In this document: piece by piece, positions 36,241 to 48,669 of the stretch
Position numbering within the stretch: position 1 is the stretch's first letter
Layout of the letters: every line of letters starts with the position of its first letter
Source of the DNA: Narcine bancroftii
Taxonomy: Eukaryota
Direction: 5' to 3'
Assembly: GCF_036971445.1 (NCBI RefSeq)
Contig: NC_091481.1
Span: 12,524,001 to 12,588,000 of the forward strand
DNA: 64,000 nt
Translations under genes and position numbers: made by a program
The notes under the pieces: generated by a model
Told to the model about the DNA's origin: nothing
Seen by the model: the letters and a program-made list of their open reading frames with translations, nothing else
The model's database searches: none

Positions 36241-37365
36241 TAATTTTTAAAAAAATATCATGTATAAAAGTTATAATGAATACTACACCTGTTTTTTAAA
36301 AATCTAACTTTAGACCAGTCAACCCTTGGATAAATTTCTTTCAGACAATGTCTAGTGTCTTGCCCTCATCCTGGTCACTTTTTCAAAAATGCAATCAAAT
36401 TCATGAAAAATTCACATGCAAATAGCCAAGCTAACTATCCAAAATTAGCCTTTGCTTTTTGAAATGTAAATACATCCTATCTCTCAGAATCTCCTCCTTT
36501 AACTTACTCACCATTGATATTAGACTCAGTGGTCTGTAATTTTCAGGCTTTTCCTTGCACCCTTTCTTAAATAAAGACACAAAACCAGCCATCCTCCACT
36601 CTTTTAGCACTTTACCTAAGATACAAAAATCTCTGCCGGGACTCCCACAATTCCTTGCCTAACTTCCCACAATTTCCTAGAATATAACTGATCATGAGCT
36701 GGGGATTTATCTATCCTTAAGACATCCAACAACTCACTTCTGTAACATAGATTCTCTTGAAAATATGTCAGTAATACAGTATACCTTTCCTCCATGGATG
36801 TTTTGAGACTGGCTGAGTTCCTCCAGAATTTAGTGTGTTTTTACATTTCAGCAAGTACAGGGACAGAAGAGTTTTAGAGGGATATAGGCCAAACACAGGC
36901 AAATGGAACAAACCTGTTCAGTATGCACAAAAGTTGGGCAGGAGGGTCTGTTTCCAAATTATTATACTTAAGAGAATGTACCAGATGTATTTCAATGCTA
37001 GAAATTGTGAGCAGAAAGGATGCAGCAAATAAATAACAAAAGTATACAGAGAATACAAGTCAAAGAAGACTGGACTCTAAGATGAAATAGTAAACACAGG
37101 ATAAATAGCGGGGTAATAGAATTAGAGAAAGTATAGTTAAGAACAATACTGGAGAAACTCAGCTGGTGTACTTTTTATAGGGCTTGAGCCCTTCATCAAG
37201 GTAAGCCGGAAACGTTGGTTACATTTTTATCTGAGCTTTTTAAAGTACAGTTTAACCTACTGAGTTTCTCCAGCATTGTGTTTTCAATTCAACCAGAGTA
37301 TTTGTGGACTTTTACTTTGGAGAAAGTAGAGGCATTTTGTACAGGAAAGTACAGGTTGTGGGGAA

Positions 37366-37574
37366 TGAATGGAGTAGGTTTGATCACTATCTATTGGGAG
37401 TGAATGGAGTAGGTTTGATCGATATCTATTGGAAGTGAATGGAGTAGGTTTGATCGATATCTATTGGGAGTGAATGGAGTAGGTTTGATCGATATCTATT
37501 GGGAGTGAATGGAGTAGGTTTGATCGATATCTATTGGGAGTGAATGGAGTAGGTTTGATCGATATCTATTGGGA
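37366..37574. repeat. Minisatellite, six copies of a 35-bp unit
   Basis: TGAATGGAGTAGGTTTGATCGATATCTATTGGGAG starting at 37366, 37401, 37436, 37471, 37506 and 37541; no spacers. Confidence 0.95.
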
Positions 37575-37679
37575 ACTCTGTGGCTCTCATATTCAAACCG
37601 TCTTTTACATTCCGTTTTAAACAAGAATAGTTCATTTGTTCAATGCTTGTGGCTCCTCCAAATGCGACATACAAACCAT

Positions 37680-37950
37680 AGCTCAGCCGTCACTTCCAGT
37701 CCAGACACTGAAGCATCGCGTTCATCTCCGACAGCCCAGCACTACATGGTGAAAAGACATGACGTCATCACGTCTACTGTCACCCCCGGAGCCCACGCAG
37801 CGAGTGAGAACAAGACAACGGGGCGCGCGACGTGGCGGTTTGCGACCAATCGTTTCTCGCGCGATAACGAACCAATGAAGAGCGGCAAACGTGACGTCAA
37901 AAGTGAGGCGGGAATTCTGGAGGCTTTCAGCGATTGGTTGTAACAAGGGT
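37680..37950 (+). promoter_or_regulatory. CALU promoter (CpG-rich; CRE, CCAAT and ACGT-core sites)
   Basis: Strong CpG enrichment; TGACGTCA at 37760-37767 and 37892-37899; GACGTGG at 37829-37835; CCAAT at 37846 and 37872; ATTGG at 37933. Confidence 0.8.
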
Positions 37951-38034
37951 CTTATTTCCGTTTGCTCAGGAGTGGGCTATTTCCGGTGGGTCTTATGAGA
38001 GTGAGCGCAGAAGCAATCTAAGAAGTGTGCAGAG
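37950..38034 (+). other. CALU: CALU predicted non-coding exon 1 (5' end approximate)
   Basis: Donor GAG|GTGGGT at 38034/38035 where the CpG-rich region gives way to T-rich intron; vertebrate CALU has its main ATG in exon 2. Confidence 0.6.
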
Positions 38035-38764
38035 GTGGGTATTAATGTTTATTGTTTTATTATATCAGAATCTGCATGATTTTTATTTATATTCTCTCCA
38101 AGAAATTATGGGGCTTGTGTTTGAGTAATTTTGTGTATTAAATATTCTTCAATAATGGTGACTTTTGTGAAAAAACTGTTTGATTTGCATTATGGTGATT
38201 TCTCTTTAAATTCGTTTTCGAATTGTAAAGTATTGCCATACCTACTCAATTTATTTCAAATTATTGGGCCATTAGACCAAATCCATCAAGGTATTTGACA
38301 ACTATCTATTTTCAGACTTGGGTTCTTTCACGTTTGATCCTTTTCCTGTAACCCCAGGCAATAGTTTATTTTTGCTATTAACAAAATAACGTTCTTTTTC
38401 CTTTATCTCTGGGAGTTCTTTCTTTAATTTTTGTTTTAATTTTTTATTACATATAAGGTGAACAGAGGCATAAAATTCAATAATTAAAACGATAACCTAA
38501 GTTATCTATTTCATTTATGTAGAATACATCTTGACAAAAATATTGGGAAATTACATTTGTGGGGTCTATTGTGGGTCATGCTGAAAATGTGTTGTAACAT
38601 TATGTTAACTGGGCTAAGGTGCCTCATGGCTTTGGAATGAGTCTAGAATCCACAACCTTTTGACTTATTAGTGATGAGTCCAGGCTTAAAATTGTAAATT
38701 TGGATTACAAAACGGTACTGATAATATCTGTTTGAAAAGGATTTAGATATTTAAGAAATAATAT

Positions 38765-39545
38765 TTCAAGTTTATTATCTGATTGCACAAGCTGAGAACA
38801 CTCTGGTCCTCAGGGCAAAATATGTAGGCACACAACCAGACATAATGTACATACAGACAAACAATACATATGCAGGACATATCTTCATATATAAAAATAA
38901 ATATTAATTAAAGATTAGAGTCTAAGATGGTTAGTGTGAGCAGTTCTTTTGGTCGTGCAGCATTCACACCGCCTGTGGGAAGAAACTGCATCTCAATCTG
39001 GTATTTCTGGCTCTGATACTCTCGTATCTCTTAATCAATGGGAATAGTTAAAAGGTGCAGGGTGGAAGGAGTCCTGAACAATTTTGCTTGCCCCCGTCAG
39101 ACGATCCTGGTAGATTCTGTCGATGAGGGAGGGAGATTCCAGTGATCCTCTCTGCCACTCTTATAATCCTGTAGATTGACCTCTGATCCATTTCTGTGCA
39201 CCAATCATACCACACTTGTGATGTAGCCAGCCAAGATGCTCTCAATAGAGTTCCTATAGGTTGACGTAATGGTGGCCAGTATCCTTGCCCACTTCAGCCT
39301 TCTCAGGAAGTGCATTTGCTTTTGTTCCTTTCTAACAAGTGAGGAGATATTGTGTGTCTATGATAGGTCACTTATTAAGTTGACTCCAAGGAACTTAATA
39401 TTGGAATTATTGATGTTCATGTGTTGGGTGATCATTCCTGGTCCTCCTGAAGTCCACTGTCATCTCCTTCATCTTGTCCATGTTGAGATTTGGGTGATTC
39501 TTACACCTTATGAGATTTTCCACCTCTTCTTTGTAGTGTGACTCA
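38765..39545 (-). mobile_element. Rex1/Babar-type LINE fragment
   Basis: Minus-strand VWYDWC...RIIRVAERITGISLP, typical of the Rex1 ORF C-terminal half. Confidence 0.7.
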
Positions 39546-40984
39546 TTATTGTTTTCTTGTTTAATTAAATTAAATGTTATTAAGTTTGTTCAGCAATGAT
39601 CCTATGCTATGTCAAAATTTGATTTTTTTTTTCTGGTTTTAACATGCTGGGGGAACTTGGGTCAGGGATCTTACATAGAAAACAAAAATTCTGAAGAGCT
39701 TTGGCCTGAAATGTTAACCTTCTAAGTTTCTCCAGCATTTTATGTGTTGCTCTAGTTTTCCAGCATTTAGTTATGTTTACCTGATTTTTCTGGCTTTAAT
39801 TTTTTTAAAATCCCTAAATAATTTGTATAGATTTGTTTTTAAGGTCTTGCATCATTTAAACATTTTACCTAAAAAGAAAACATAAAATTCTCCACTATGT
39901 GTGAAGACTTTGTTTGGGACTGAGACCAAACCATTTGTAGGATGTAAATTGGTGATTTTGCCCATTTGGATAGCAACTGGTCATCTTTAGATTACTTGCT
40001 TTTATATCTGAATATTCAGAATTAATTGTTTTCGGTTACCCCCTATTTTCTGGAGTGGATGTATTTTAATGGTGTTTTATGATCAGTTTGGTTTGAAAAA
40101 TTTGTTCCTGGTGCAGAATTGAGTGAGATAGACCAAGTTTGACTGGCTGGGTCTAGTAATTTCTTGGGGAAGTAAATATCAGTCAAGTGTGTGTATTTGT
40201 CATGTTTGTCCAATGCTAAGCTTGATTGTGTTAAATGATACTGTCACCTGCATTTAACATCATTAGATTCATCTCATGATGGAATGGCTATTTTTTAGGT
40301 GTTACATTTAATCCTTTCAACAGTGAAAAAATCTTTGTTCGCAATTGTCCCTCTTTGATATGTTTTGTGTGTGGAGGTGTAGGGGTTCCTGAAATATCAT
40401 GTGTGTGTGTATTTTCAAATGTGTGCTTAAAATGTAATTAAATGGCACCTTGAAAATTAAGTAAGATTTTGGGCCTTGCCCATAACTTTCATGTATGATT
40501 GTCATAATTTAATTCTGTAATATGAAAGGATCGTTATGACTGTTTGAGTTCCATAAGTTACAATGCTGGTGATTTCTTAATGGTTTGGAACAAAAGGTGG
40601 AATCCAAATACATGTGGCCCTGTTTTTAAAAACTTCTGAAGTATAGATATCTTTTTTCAGTTAACTACATTATAATCTAAAAAGAGATTGTTGCTTCAAA
40701 ATAAGAAATATCAAAGTTGACAATTTTAGCTTTTGTTGTTTCCATAGAAATTTAACCTCTTAATATTTGAAACCCAACATTATTATTTTAATTTGACCTG
40801 GAAAGTATTGTGATCTGTATGATAGAGGAATGAAAAGAATAACTGGAATGGAGGTTTAAGGATAAATCTGTAGGATAAGCTTTAAATGGTTGATGTTCCC
40901 TGTTTATTACAGTCTAAGCATTAGGAGTTATGGTAAACATTGTTAGTTCATTATAGAATGGGGTTGCATTTTTAAATTTGTATA

Positions 40985-41195
40985 TTTAAATTTAGACATT
41001 TCGGCCCACAAGTCCATGCCACCCAATTAACCTACACCCCCAGTACACTTTGAATGGTGGGAGCAAACCAGAGCCACTGGGGAAAACCCACGCAGATAAG
41101 GGGAGAAGGGACAGACAGCATGGGATTCAAACCCTAATCCTGAATGCTGGCACTGTAAAGATGTTGAACTAACTGCTAAATCAACCATGGTGCCC
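40985..41195 (-). mobile_element. SINE copy
   Basis: Same family as 8225-8470 and 36010-36240. Confidence 0.65.
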
Positions 41196-41769
41196 TGTGA
41201 TTGTTCAATAAACTTAAACAAATGTAGTATTTTGGGGGAAAATTGGTATCTATCTCAAGATGCTCTAATTGCTTTGCTTTCCTGTTTTTTTTTTGTTTTT
41301 TTTTTGCAGATATACAGAGACTAGATATGTAGTCATGCCCTTTGATATAAAGTTCTTATTTAGAGGGAACTAAGATCTATATAGAGCTGTCTTTTGGCCT
41401 GTTTATAGCAGGAATAGTTTAAATTTTGCATAGGCTAATTTGTAAGTTGACAAAACCAGTAGTTTGATGTCTAAATTTTGGCATTTAATTAACTATATTA
41501 AGGGTATTTCATATAGTTAAGCTCCACATGTGTAAATTGATTCAGTAAAGGTAGTACAGAAATACATTGGAGAATGTCCTGAAGTGGAATGTAAATCTAA
41601 AGTGTCTGTCCTGTATAGGAGTTGTATACAAGTGGCAGGGTTCTAGGAAGCTTAGATGTTGCAAACTGAGGAAGTAGTTTCTTTATGATGGAAGTAGTGA
41701 TCTGTATGGGGCTGAGAGCTTTTTTTAATGGAAATGACAATGAGCAAAAAAAAATCATTCCTCTAGTAA

Positions 41770-42090
41770 CCTGTAGCACTCTGTTCTCGCTGCTACTATC
41801 GGGAAAGAGGTATAGGTACCATAAGACTCACACCACCTGGTTCAGGAACAACTGCTACCTTTCCACCATCAGACTCCTCAATAACAAACTCTATCAGGGA
41901 CACATTAAAGGACTCTTACACTTTATAGATTTTTATTCTTTCTGTATTGCAGTCAGTTTGTTTCAATGTGTATGTTGAGTTGGTGTTTTTTTGCACTACC
42001 AACAAGTATTAATTCTGCTTTTTCTACAGAAATAAGAATCTCTGGGTTGGATGTGATGTCATATGTACTCTGACAATAAATCTGAAATCT
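41770..42090 (+). mobile_element. Rex1/Babar-type LINE 3' fragment
   Basis: TLFSLLLSGKRYRYHKTHTTWFRNNCYLSTIRLLN plus the shared 3' UTR. Confidence 0.75.
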
Positions 42091-43534
42091 AAATAGTTGT
42101 GAATGATTTCAAGATCATTGCTGTTAATATATCTGCATTTGGCAATAATGTTGAGCATATCACAGTAAAATCCCCAGCACCTATGGTGGTTGGTAGATCC
42201 CAGATCAGTAAATTTGCAGGTTGCTTGAGATTGCATTGTGTGATTGGTAACCTAACCACTAGGGGCACCAATTTTAAATGTTCTTTTTTTTTTAGCTATT
42301 TATTTGTTGCTATATTGCTTGAATTGGGATTTAGCTGCATATTGAATTCCTAGCAGTGTTAACTTGTGCTTTTTTTTTACTGTTTTAGTACAAGTTTGAG
42401 GAACTATTACAAATAAAGGTTTCTTGTTGGCATTGACAGTTTGTCTTGCATATCCAGTTGAGAAACATTGATCAGTACTGTGATGAAATACAAAATGTTA
42501 CATTAGTGCAACACAAAATCTGTCCAGAGAAAATCTGTAGGGTCAGATTATATTGGCACTTTGTCTCATCTTAAATAATTCTCGTAACTATAAAATAATT
42601 TTACAGCGAGATAACAGATTAGTGAGGTTTTTAAAATCAAGTAACAAGTAAATTTAGATTTTACCCTGCCAGATTGATAAGAAATTATTTGTAATTATAT
42701 ACATCCTTTTAAGGATATTACAATGCTTTAGATTCCTGCCACTTCAGCTCCCCTATCTGCCTAAGCTCTTTAAAGCGGCACTATAGGATCTTTTAAAATC
42801 CATCAGAGCAGACAGACCTCTGCTTCACTTGCTCTAAAAGAGCACAACAATCGATGGATCTGCTGATAGTGATTGAGTTTGATGCTTTTTTTCAGTCACT
42901 CATTGTTTGTAGGGTTCAATGCCTATATTAAGTGATCATCTTTATTAAAGAATATAAAACAGTGCACTAGAATGTATGCACTTGCTTTGTAGCAAGCATT
43001 ACCTTGTAGATGGGAATGTGGAGTTAGAATTGTTTCTAGAAAAGTTCCAGATTTTGTATTCTCATGATAAGTCGGTAAACCACTGACAGAGGTACCATGT
43101 ATGGCCACATTGCTGACAAAAATCAATAATCATGGAGAAGGCAAATACTAAAATAAAAGGCAATTGAACAAAGCTTGATACAATAAAATCCCCAGTATCT
43201 GGAATTCAAGCAGCCGCCAAAAATAAATCGCAGAAAATAAATAGGTTAAAAAATACAAAAATGTAAAATTAGGGCCCCCCTCCCCTCAACCACAGTGGTC
43301 AGTTTGCTGACCTACACAGCATGCAATCTCGAGCAACCAGAAAATTCACTTGCCTGATATTCACTAGTTTCCATGGGTGCCGGTTGCCAAGGATTTTGCT
43401 GTAATTTGTATTCCAAGCATGCTATGATCTATCCAAAAAATATATCGCCCAGTTTTGCATGTTACTTTCAAAATGTTATTCTCCCAAAACCAATCTTTTG
43501 TGTTTCCTTTGTCTTTTCAGAAAAAATTACAGGC

Positions 43535-43758
43535 ATGATGGGTTTGACAAAGCTGGTTTTATACCTCACCATGTGTGGTATTTATGCTCTGAGTAAACCC
43601 ACGGAAAAGAAAGATCGAACCTTCCATGACAAGGAGTTGAGTGACAAGGTACACGATGATGCAGAGAACTTCGATTATGACCATGATGCTTTCCTTGGAG
43701 CTGAAGAAGCAAAGACATTTGACCAGCTCACTCCTGAGGAGAGCAAAGAAAGGCTTGG
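43535..43758 (+). CDS. CALU: Calumenin first coding exon (signal peptide, N-terminus)
   Basis: Acceptor CTTTTCAG| at 43520; [28 protein letters not shown]...[28 protein letters not shown]; donor GG|GTGTGT; phase 2. Confidence 0.96.
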
Positions 43759-46700
43759 GTGTGTAAGAACGTGTCAAAAATGCTCAGCAATTTGTTTGTT
43801 TTGGAAATGTTGGATGGAGCTGAATGTGTTCTGTAATACTGCAAATCCAACTTTGTACTTTATGTGAAAGGGTGCAGGATTTGAGATACTGTAAATACTA
43901 ATGGCGAATTATGACCTGTGATTAAACAGAGGGGGATCCCAGTTAAATGTTCAGTTCTATATCACCAGTTAACAAAACATTTTTTCTTCTTGATGGAAGT
44001 TGTACACCACAGCCTTGATGATGGTATGGTAAATCCTTAAATGATTGTTAATTGCTTAACCATTACTGGCAAAATTGTTATCTCCTTGACAATTGAGCAT
44101 AGTATATCAAAGGGGTCTGGATCTACAAACTGGGCAGTGTAGTTAGTGTAGTGCAGTGGTTTCCTCTCACTCACTCACTCTCTTTTTTTCTCTCTCATAT
44201 GAAAGGGTAACTTTACATCTCACCCACCTATAACAAAATTGTCTTCAGTTTTCACACTATATTGCCTACACATTTTTTGTTTGCTGTGCTGCGGTCATAC
44301 TTTATTCTGCAATAAAAATATGCCAATCACAACAAAATGCAACAGAAAAAAAACATAAGAAAATATAATAGTATTGCAATTTCTAGGAAAAGTACATGAC
44401 ACAATAATACAAGTAAGAATGTGAAACCAAAAAATCAAATACTTAAAAACTACTTAACATTAGAAGGAAATTCAGGTATACCTCGTATAAACACCGTTTT
44501 GAACCGCGCATATTTTGTTATAACTTGGTCGGTCCCTGTCCTGGGCTAGTTACTGTCCCTGGCAGTTACTCCCACCCCATCCTCACCTGACAGATAGCAC
44601 ATGACGAGTGTTGCAGGCTGAGTTTGCCGGAAATGTTTGGTCTGCCCCTTTTTTCCACACCACCCCTCTGGATCCTTCCACCACCCACTTTGGGAGTGAC
44701 TGGTATAGTGGTTAGCACAAGACTAATATAGCACCATTGACCCAAGTTCTAATCTGAAGCTGCCAGTAAGGAGTTTGTACACTTCTCTGTGACCTGCCAT
44801 GGAATTGATGGGTTAATTGGGCTACACGGGGTTCATGGGCTAGGAGGACCTTCAGCCATGCTGTATTTTTAAAAAAATGAAGTTGTGGGAAATGTTAAAC
44901 TGTTGCATATTTGATCAATTTTTTTCTGCAAAAAAAGTTACTATCTGGGGTTTTTTTTAAAGTTTCTGCTGGGTTAGATCGATGTTGCTTTTCTCTGAAA
45001 TGTTTGGATCTCCCTGAGCCACAATTGGATAATGGCTGGTATTTGCTACAACTGTTTGGGCTGGTTGGTACTTCTGTCAGAATTTGTTTTTCTTGCCCTG
45101 AGCTGTATTTCCCATTGGGAAATTTGATCAAAATGTGCTGAATTATATTTGGGGATTTGACAGTTTTAATATGAACATTTATTGTAATGCCCTTTTTGAT
45201 TTTTTTTTTGTGACCAAAGGGTACTGTGGGGGGGAGGAAAGGAATGCTACATTCCCAGAATAAATGTTATTGCTGGATTAAACTGGAGCCAGGTAGGTTA
45301 GTCCATGGATAATCTCAAGTTATTAAAATGCTGCTTTTCAGTAGGAAGCAAAAGGCTTGGAGGTTAAGAACTAACAAACTTACTTTATTTATGGTGTCTT
45401 TTCTAGAGAAAGAATGGATGTTATTTGCTCTTAATTCCATGGAATGTTTTCACTTGCATTTTTATTGTGATTTGCTGTCTTTGACATTTAATTAACTTCT
45501 TTTCCACTCATCGTTTTCTCTGAACTAAATAGTCTACTGGACTGAACCCAAAGTGTACTTAAATTGCATCCTCTGTTTACTAATCTTGCTAATCCTGCTA
45601 CGTTGGCCAGACACTTGCCCTCTTAATATGAAAGTGGTCTTAAATGATCCAATGTACAATGTGCAGAGAAGGTGCCCGGATGTTGTGGGCACACAGTCGT
45701 AGTATTTTAATGTCAGTCAGGAGAGTGTTGGTTGGGGTGCGGTTTTCTTTTTCTAGAGGGTCTGGCAAAATATCTGGAAACAAATTTTAACAAACATGCA
45801 TGGTAATTCAGTGGATATTTTCTAATTTCAATGTACTGTACAAATCCAGTTCTTAGAGGATGCTCATTGTGATTTTATTTGCCAGCACATTAAAGCTTGG
45901 AGTTCGAGACATGGAACTTTCAACAGCATGGAAAAGGGCTCTTCGTCCCAACTTCTCCAAGTCTACCAAGTTGTTCACCAGCTAGCCCCATTTTCTTGCA
46001 TTTGGCCCATATCCCTCTAAATCTCTCCAACCCGTGTTCCTGTCTAAATAGTTTTTAAATGTTATGATTATATCCACCTCAACCACTTCCTCTGGCAATT
46101 TGTTCCATATGCCCTCCACCCTCTTTGTGGAAAAAGTACTCATCTGATCACTCTTTGGCTTTCCCTTCTCAAATTAAGAGAGTAATTTTGCACTTTAGGT
46201 AGCCCTGAAGTTCCCTGATAACAATCCAAACTATAAATATTAGGTAGATTTGCTCTGTCTCAGTATACTTGCACTGTGAAGAACCGTGATAACCTGTTGA
46301 TTGATGTCCACTATAAAGAGGTGTTGCTATGGAGCTTATCTGGTACTCTTAGATAAGATTTGGATTGTGTATATTTTTTTCCCCATCCATCATTCCCCAC
46401 AGCATTTCCAAATGGTTAGACTTGTAAAGATTGTCTGCTGGATGGGAGTCCTTCATATGCATGTCTGGGATGGGTGAAGTGGTGGGATGTTGGATGGGAG
46501 ACAGTATGTTGAGGGTTGACATGACCACTTAATACCAGAGAATGGCACTAACAACCTTTGCATTTTCTCTTGGATGCCATTTGTTTCCTTGACACCTGTT
46601 TGCCCCTAATACTATTAATTGCTTTAATCAAAGGAATTTTTACATGTATACGGATGCTCAAAATAGCAGAAATTCAGGAAAAACTGCTCTTTATAGTTCT

Positions 46701-46953
46701 CTAAATATCAAACATTTGGCCCACTAGATGTCCAATACCAAGATTTGTGGCCTTTAAGTTTGTAATCAGATTTTTGGTTGCTGTTTGCTTATTATTTGAA
46801 GTCACCAGGAGGAGAGTACATGGAAGTCAGTGGCATGTGAATCTGATGCTGTGTGATTCTGGAATTCCTTGGACCCCATGTAAAAGTGCCTCTCAATCAG
46901 CTTCTTTCAGCTTTCATCCTAACCTCTCCTGGGTTTTCTGACTCTCCCAACAG

Positions 46954-47147
46954 AAAAATTGTAGATAAAATCGATGGAGACAAGGATGGGTTTGTAACAG
47001 AGGAGGAACTTGAGAAATGGATTAAACATTCTCAAAAGCGTTGGATTTACGAGGATGTCTACCGTCAGTTGAAGGGTCATGATCTAGACAACGATGGTCT
47101 CGTCAGCTGGGAAGAGTACAAAAATGCGACCTATGGGTTCCTGTTGG
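46954..47147 (+). CDS. CALU: Calumenin mutually exclusive exon A (EF-hands 1-2)
   Basis: Acceptor CCCAACAG|; [64 protein letters not shown]; donor G|GTAGGT; 194 nt, phase 2-1. Confidence 0.95.
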
Positions 47148-47225
47148 GTAGGTTAATTTTGAAAACCCTTCAAGGTCCAGAGTCTGACCCTGCCATCTAC
47201 ACATTTTTTGTCTCTCTATTTATAG

Positions 47226-47419
47226 AATGATAGTAGTTAAAATAGATGAGGATAAGGACGGATTTGTGACGGAGGCAGAGCTGAAGGCCTGGATAAAGCG
47301 GGCTCAGAAGAGGTACATCTTCGAGAATGTTGGGCGCCAGTGGCCAGATTTCGACAGTAACCAGGATGGTCTTGTCTCCTGGGAGGAATACAGAAATGTA
47401 ACATACGGCTTCTACATGG
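47226..47419 (+). CDS. CALU: Calumenin mutually exclusive exon B (EF-hands 1-2)
   Basis: Acceptor TTTTATAG|; [64 protein letters not shown]; donor G|GTAAGG; 194 nt, phase 2-1. Confidence 0.95.
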
Positions 47420-47836
47420 GTAAGGAGCAGCAGGCAGGACAAAGAAAAGCATGCAAATAATTGCAGGACCTGGATTGATGGCTGTAAAACGGATGGTGGA
47501 ATTCTGGTGCTGATCTACCATACTGAATGAATGATTCAGTAAGAATTCCTTTGCTCTAGGAATATTAGAGTAGTTGACTTCAGTCAAATACACTTATGAA
47601 ATTGAGTAGTTTGGCGGTAAAAGTTCATATTCATCAGAAATTGTAGATGTATTTGCAACCTGTGCTGCTCTTCAAACGAGAGTTTTCCCTTTGGGTTTTC
47701 TTTTTTTTCTCTGTTCCTCTCCTATCTGAATAAGTGGTTATATTACTTTTATGAAGTTTCTTTGATTCAGTTGACTACATGACTATGGGCATTGGAATGA
47801 GTCGGCTGTTGATCCTGTTCCACCATCCATTTAGAT

Positions 47837-48207
47837 CAGTGGTTTTCAAACAGCCCCCCCCCAAACTCTCATTCCACCTTAAGCAATCCCTATGCCGTAG
47901 GTGCTCTCTGATTAGTAAGGGATTGCTTAAGGTGGTATGTGAGTGGAAGGAAAAAAGTTTGAAAACCACTGTTTAAATTGTATCTAATTGACTCGTTATG
48001 TGCACGGTTTCATAAGCAAAGGAAATGGGCCAATGACAATTTTTCTCAAGCAAAATATATCAATATCAATTGGGTCTAGGTTTTCAAACCTTTTTTCTTC
48101 CTCTCACATTCCACCTTAAGCAATCCCTTACCAATCACAGAGCTCTTGTGGCATGGGGATTGCTTTACATGGAATGTGAGTTTAGGGGGGCAGTTTGAAA
48201 ATCACTA
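47837..48207. mobile_element. Composite hAT MITE (two inverted MITE units plus spacer)
   Basis: Outer termini CAGTGGTTTTCAAAC ... GTTTGAAAATCACTA; flanks ATTTAGAT (47829-47836) / ATTCAGAT (48208-48215); internal termini at about 47971 and 48078. Confidence 0.8.
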
Positions 48208-48669
48208 ATTCAGATCATGACTGATCCATATCCTGCCTCCAATACTAACTATTGAACCATGCTCTGAATATCCTTCTCAGATGTGAGATTGCAGTATTCA
48301 TATTCTTTTGGACAGAATGAGTTTCAGAATGCTGTCACGTTTTAGTATTTGAGGGATAAAGTCTTGGTCTGACCTGTAAATTTTAGATCTATTTGATATT
48401 GTTCTCTAAAGTCAAATAAACTTCAAAGTGAATTTTTCTAGATAATAAAAATTTGTCCACACAACTTCAGGTACTGGGCACAATTTGCAAATTCCATTAA
48501 ACAAAGGTGTAATGAAGTGTGAGGACTTTGGGGAGAATGGGTGGAAAAGTGACAGCTGAAGTTTAAAAGCTGAGAAATGCAAAAGTATTCCATCTTGGTA
48601 GGAGGAAGGATGATGAGACAATATAAACAAAACCCTCCCCACTGTTGAGTAAATTTACTGGAACGCTGC

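Noticed and set aside
37366-37574. CRISPR array (35-bp repeat of CRISPR-like length)
   Set aside because: Units are head-to-tail with no unique spacers, there are no cas genes, and the context is a vertebrate promoter.
46954-47419. Tandem constitutive exons or an assembly duplication in CALU
   Set aside because: The two exons are well diverged, and joining both breaks the frame; mutually exclusive use fits better.
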